From Blochmannia endosymbiont of Camponotus nipponensis (lineage in GTDB: Bacteria > Pseudomonadota > Gammaproteobacteria > Enterobacterales > Enterobacteriaceae): 32,000 nt of DNA. Under the pieces are notes generated by a model. It saw only the letters and a program-made list of their open reading frames with translations, was not told the origin of the DNA and made no database searches. A program made the translations under genes and the position numbers. Positions 28,411 to 32,000 of the stretch are shown here, in pieces (position 1 is the first letter of the stretch; the number at the start of each line of letters is the position of its first letter). The DNA is taken from the NCBI RefSeq assembly GCF_009827135.1, contig NZ_CP046534.1, positions 150,001 through 182,000 of the forward strand, given 5' to 3'.

Positions 28411-29538
28411 TCATATATTATTTTTATAATTATTAATTTGACGTAATATTTTACGACTCTCTTTGCAAAAACGATCGGTATATGTACCAAACCAATTTTG
28501 AATTTTTTTAAATTGATTAATAAATTCTTGTTTTTTATCTCTTTCTAATAGAATTAGAATTCGACCTAATCTTCTGTAATAACGCTTAATTAACATGAGA
28601 TTATTTTTAGAAGTCATGATTATATCTGCATATAACTGCGGATCTTGATTAAATAACCGTCCTATTGTTATTAATTTTAATCGAAATGTTGGCGAAGCAA
28701 AAGATAACATTTTTGTTAAATTAATCTTTTCTTTTGATAAGTAATATCCAGTCATAAAAGTAATAAAATGACATAACCCTTGCGTGAGACTCATATATTG
28801 ATCATGTTCTCTTATATTACAGCAATGTAACCTTGCACCCCATAATCGTATTTGTTCCAACAACCATTGATATGCTTCTGGATAACGTCCCTCGCAATAA
28901 ATCACTACTTGTTTTACCATATTTCCATGATCTAGATTAAACATAGGATACAATCCTAATACTGGCCCCTCATGCGCAGCTAATATAGCATGTAAAGATA
29001 TTTTTTTTATAGATGATAAATCTACTATAATGCAGTTACTAGGTAAACATGACAATTTCCCAGCCACAACAATAACTGAATGAATTGGCACGCTAATTAC
29101 CACCATACCAGCATCCATTAATATTGACTCTGCATATATCCAGTTTTTTTTATCTAAAATGTTAACTTTATATCCCGATAAAGTTAACATTTTACAAAAA
29201 AATTGACCCATTTGTCCTGTTCCTCCAATTATAACAATTGGACCTAAATTTGGACGCAACATCTTAAATCCTTTTTTATACTCATTATGATAAGATTCAC
29301 TCATAATACAACGTAACACATCTTCCGCTAAATCCGGAGAAATACCTAATACTACTGCTTCTCTTCTCCAACAAGAAATTATTATTTCTTCTCTGTCTGG
29401 TGCATAAATAAACAACCCATCACGACTTTTTATTTCTCCTACTGCAGAAACTAATGAAATTCTTTGAGACAAAAGTTTTAACAAATCCTTATCTATTTTA
29501 TCAATTTTATTGCGTAAAATATTTAATTCCTCTATCAT
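28411..29538 (-). CDS. tyrA: bifunctional chorismate mutase / prephenate dehydrogenase (T-protein)
   Basis: 375 aa, collinear with E. coli TyrA (373 aa). CM part: L..LR..ID..DK.LL.LL..R..LV..VGE.KSR.GL.IY.P.RE. Dehydrogenase part: IGG.GQMG..F.KMLTLSGY.V.IL, GPVLGL.PMF, EAYQW.LEQI..WGARLH, and RLF.QDPQLYADIIM.S..NL.LIKRYY.R. Confidence 0.95.
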   Translation of the reverse strand: MIEELNILRNKIDKIDKDLLKLLSQRISLVSAVGEIKSRDGLFIYAPDREEIIISCWRREAVVLGISPDLAEDVLRCIMSESYHNEYKKGFKMLRPNLGPIVIIGGTGQMGQFFCKMLTLSGYKVNILDKKNWIYAESILMDAGMVVISVPIHSVIVVAGKLSCLPSNCIIVDLSSIKKISLHAILAAHEGPVLGLYPMFNLDHGNMVKQVVIYCEGRYPEAYQWLLEQIRLWGARLHCCNIREHDQYMSLTQGLCHFITFMTGYYLSKEKINLTKMLSFASPTFRLKLITIGRLFNQDPQLYADIIMTSKNNLMLIKRYYRRLGRILILLERDKKQEFINQFKKIQNWFGTYTDRFCKESRKILRQINNYKNNI

Positions 29539-30623
29539 GCCATTCCGGCTCCTAATATACGATTAATAAGAAATGGTTTTAGTTCTTTATGTAAATCATA
29601 CAATAAGTGTTGAGTTGTATTCCAGTCTATGCACGCATCAGTCACCGATACCCCATACTGTGCTGTAGAAGATGATAAATGTATAATAGATTGATTACCA
29701 GAATAAATATAACTTTCCATCATTAAACCAATGATAGAACGGTTGCCATATTTAATTTGATGTAAAATAGATTGTGCTACATCAACTTGACGACGATAAT
29801 CTTTATTAGAATTGCCATGACTGCAATCTACCATCAATACTGGCGGTAATCCTGCTTCTATTATTTTTTTCTCACAACATACAACATCTTCTGGGTAATA
29901 ATTAGGATTATCTCCTCCACGCAAGATTATATGAGCATTACGATTGCCTTTAGTATGTAGCAAACACACTTGACCTGATTGATTGATACTAATGTACTTA
30001 TGAGACATCATTGCAGCATGTATCGCATTAATTGCATTATAAAAATTACCATTGGTGCTATTTTTAAACCCTACGGGCGTATATAATCCAGAAGCTATTT
30101 CTCTATGTACTTGAGATTCTGTAGTGCGTGCTCCAATAGATGACCAACTAAACAGCTCTCCAATATATAATGGAACATATGGATTTAACACTTCAGTCGC
30201 AAGCGGTAGTCCAATTTTTATCAATTCTACCAACAAATGTCGAGCATTTTTTAAACCTAATGCAATATCATTAGAGCCATTCATATGTGGATCGTTGATA
30301 AAACCTTTCCAACCTACACTAGTACGAGGCTTTTCTAAATACACACGCATAACAATATATAATTGCTCCTGCAATTCTATTGATAAAGTTTTTAATTTAT
30401 TAGCATAATCAAAAGTAGCATTAACATCATGAATAGAACAGGGTCCACATATTACCAATAATCGCGGATCACGTCTGTGAATAATGTTCGCAATTATATT
30501 TCTAGACTCAGCAATAGTTTGTTGCTCTACATGTGTTATAGGAAATTGTGTTTTTAATTGCTCAGGAGTAATAATTGGATACGTGTCATGAATATGAATA
30601 TCATTACGCTCATTTTTATGCAT
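29535..30623 (-). CDS. aroF: 3-deoxy-7-phosphoheptulonate (DAHP) synthase, class I, AroF-like
   Basis: 362 aa, collinear with E. coli AroF (RDPRLLV.CGPCSIHD, VMRVY.EKPRT.VGWKG.INDPHM.GS, FSWS.IGARTTESQ.HRE.ASGL..PVGFKN.T.G, MVDCSHGNSNKDYRRQ, YGVSVTDACI.W). 4-nt ATGA overlap with tyrA, in aroF-tyrA order as in E. coli. The isozyme assignment rests on synteny. Confidence 0.92.
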   Translation of the reverse strand: MHKNERNDIHIHDTYPIITPEQLKTQFPITHVEQQTIAESRNIIANIIHRRDPRLLVICGPCSIHDVNATFDYANKLKTLSIELQEQLYIVMRVYLEKPRTSVGWKGFINDPHMNGSNDIALGLKNARHLLVELIKIGLPLATEVLNPYVPLYIGELFSWSSIGARTTESQVHREIASGLYTPVGFKNSTNGNFYNAINAIHAAMMSHKYISINQSGQVCLLHTKGNRNAHIILRGGDNPNYYPEDVVCCEKKIIEAGLPPVLMVDCSHGNSNKDYRRQVDVAQSILHQIKYGNRSIIGLMMESYIYSGNQSIIHLSSSTAQYGVSVTDACIDWNTTQHLLYDLHKELKPFLINRILGAGMA

Positions 30624-30730
30624 ATTATTAGCCTTAAATATAATTAGGTACCATAAAATGGAAATATGGCATTAAAATAGTCATTAAAAAATGACAATAT
30701 AATCATATTATTATACACATATAAAGCTAA

Positions 30731-30748
30731 TGTAAATACAGTTTTATA
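30731..30748. promoter_or_regulatory. TyrR-box-like palindrome upstream of aroF
   Basis: TGTAAA-TACAGT-TTTATA matches the TyrR box consensus TGTAAA-N6-TTTACA at 11 of 12 positions. It is centred about 117 nt upstream of the aroF ATG. No tyrR gene is visible in the window. Confidence 0.25.
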
Positions 30749-31101
30749 TTATTATTATTATAATTAATAAATTATTGTAAGTTGATTAACTTATTATATC
30801 AAATTTTTAATTTACATGAACTTATAATAATAAGTTATTATATTCACATGTATGTGTTATTTTATCAAAGATTCATACGATATAATGGGGAATTAACCTT
30901 ATTAAAAATTTTTAATATTGCATTATATCAAAAGATTTTTTTAAAAAAATTTTTAAAACCTTATAAATCCATTAACTATATTATGGAAATAACAATTTTT
31001 AATACCTATTACAGTAATACTATGACAACAATTACGAAATTACAAATAATCGATATGTCATATTGCACAAATAAACACACTGCTCTGTAATAGAAAATAC
31101 T

Positions 31102-31452
31102 TTATGAATTAATACGTGCTTTGATGCGTGCAGATTTTCCACTAAGACTACGTAAATAATATAACTTTGCACGGCGAACAACACCAAATCGTTTGATTTT
31201 CACCTCTTCAATCATAGGAGAATGTGTCTGAAATACACGTTCTACGCCTTCTCCACTAGAAATTTTCCTTACAGTAAATGCAGAATTTAATCCACGATTT
31301 TTAATAGAAATCACTATCCCTTCAAAAATTTGCAAACGTTTTTTACTGCCCTCCATTACCCACGTCCTGACTTCTATCGTATCACCTGAACGTAAATACG
31401 GTATACTTTTTTTTATTTGTTTTTTTTCAAAGCTATTTATTGATTCATACAT
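31102..31452 (-). CDS. rplS: 50S ribosomal protein L19
   Basis: 116 aa. [48 protein letters not shown] matches E. coli L19. Confidence 0.97.
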   Translation of the reverse strand: MYESINSFEKKQIKKSIPYLRSGDTIEVRTWVMEGSKKRLQIFEGIVISIKNRGLNSAFTVRKISSGEGVERVFQTHSPMIEEVKIKRFGVVRRAKLYYLRSLSGKSARIKARINS

Positions 31453-31476
31453 ATATGTTATTGCCTCAATGTTTTT

Positions 31477-32000
31477 TTATGATAATAGATACTCATTTTT
31501 AAACTCATCAAGTAACTCCTGTTCTTCATGAGTTAATTGTATATCATTAAGTAAATCCGGCCTTTTAATCCAAGTACGACCTAAAGCTTGTTTCTGCCTC
31601 CAACGATTAATATTGCTATGGTTTCCTGATAATAATACTGATGGAACTTTTATTCCTGCAAAAACTGTTGGTCGTGTATAATGTGGGCACTCTAATATTC
31701 CTTTAGCAAAAGAATCGCATTCTTTTGAATCTGGATTTCCTAACACACCGGGAATCACTCTAGATATTGTGTCTATTAAAACCATTGCGGCTAATTCTCC
31801 TCCACTAAGTATATAATCTCCTATAGACAACTCCTCATCAATTTCTGTTTGAATTAACCTTTCATCAATACCTTGATATCTTCCACAAACTAAAATTAAC
31901 TTTTTATGATCATATGCTAACTTACGTACATATTCTTGATCCATCTTTTTTCCTTGGGGAGAAAGATAAATTACTTTAATATTATCTCCTAATTCGTTTT
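31477..32000 (-). CDS. trmD: tRNA (guanine37-N1)-methyltransferase TrmD, 5' end beyond window
   Basis: [40 protein letters not shown]...R.IPGVLG and CPHYTRP match E. coli TrmD residues about 105-255. The frame stays open upstream of the ORF-track ATG (31944): ..[21 protein letters not shown] aligns to E. coli [16 protein letters not shown], so the gene continues past 32000. Confidence 0.95.
   Translation of the reverse strand, partial: NELGDNIKVIYLSPQGKKMDQEYVRKLAYDHKKLILVCGRYQGIDERLIQTEIDEELSIGDYILSGGELAAMVLIDTISRVIPGVLGNPDSKECDSFAKGILECPHYTRPTVFAGIKVPSVLLSGNHSNINRWRQKQALGRTWIKRPDLLNDIQLTHEEQELLDEFKNEYLLS

Noticed and set aside
18976-30408. Other internal ORFs in the track (18976-19173, 20308-20523, 23924-24268, 25401-25613, 27595-27879, 30124-30408)
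   Set aside because: Each is antisense within a well-supported gene (coaA, birA, clpB, rluD, pheA, aroF) and shows no recognisable similarity.
30627-30635. The 9-mer ATTAGCCTT shared between the aroF start region and the palindrome arm
   Set aside because: By rough composition arithmetic, a 9-mer match somewhere in 64 kb of two-strand sequence is expected by chance, and the similarity does not extend.
30782-31090. 102-aa intergenic ORF between aroF and rplS (TTG start)
   Set aside because: Its composition is simply the translation of AT-rich DNA (I, Y, N, K, L, F). It has no SD, a non-ATG start and no motif, and it sits where E. coli has unrelated genes (the yfiL/R/N/B region). Most likely a chance ORF, though RNA-seq or proteomics could revisit this.

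Overview
Very AT-rich (by eye, well under 35% GC), gene-dense window with no mobile elements. It looks like a reduced-genome, Enterobacterales-derived obligate insect endosymbiont (Blochmannia/Buchnera-like); I cannot fix the taxon from sequence alone. The content is core housekeeping in three blocks, each collinear with E. coli K-12 (order recalled from memory). Block A (1-18006): aroE-tsaC, def-fmt, the alpha/spc/S10 ribosomal-protein operons rplQ to rpsJ, and bfr. Block B (18139-21917): the thrU-tyrU-glyT-thrT tRNA operon, coaA, birA, murB. Block C (22309-32000): clpB, rluD, bamD, pheA, tyrA-aroF, rplS, trmD. I support 43 protein genes, 4 tRNAs, one clear pseudogene (rpmD) and one frameshifted gene (birA). 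Two genes, aroE and rpmJ, are absent from the supplied ORF track; aroE and trmD run off the window edges. I see no defence island, CRISPR, toxin-antitoxin, phage, IS or other accessory system, so I do not claim a novel system. The observations worth a second look are: (1) a perfect 83-bp palindrome filling the divergent rluD-bamD spacer; (2) rpmD (L30) decayed inside an otherwise intact spc operon; (3) birA without its repressor HTH domain and split by a 1-nt frameshift; (4) pheA without its chorismate-mutase domain and with both Phe-sensing motifs replaced, next to an intact aroF-tyrA and a relic TyrR-box-like site; (5) Bfr with the haem ligand Met52 replaced and no bfd; (6) BamD without a lipobox cysteine; (7) block junctions exactly where tuf and an rrn operon would sit in E. 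coli. All homology statements come from my own alignment to remembered E. coli sequences, not from database searches.
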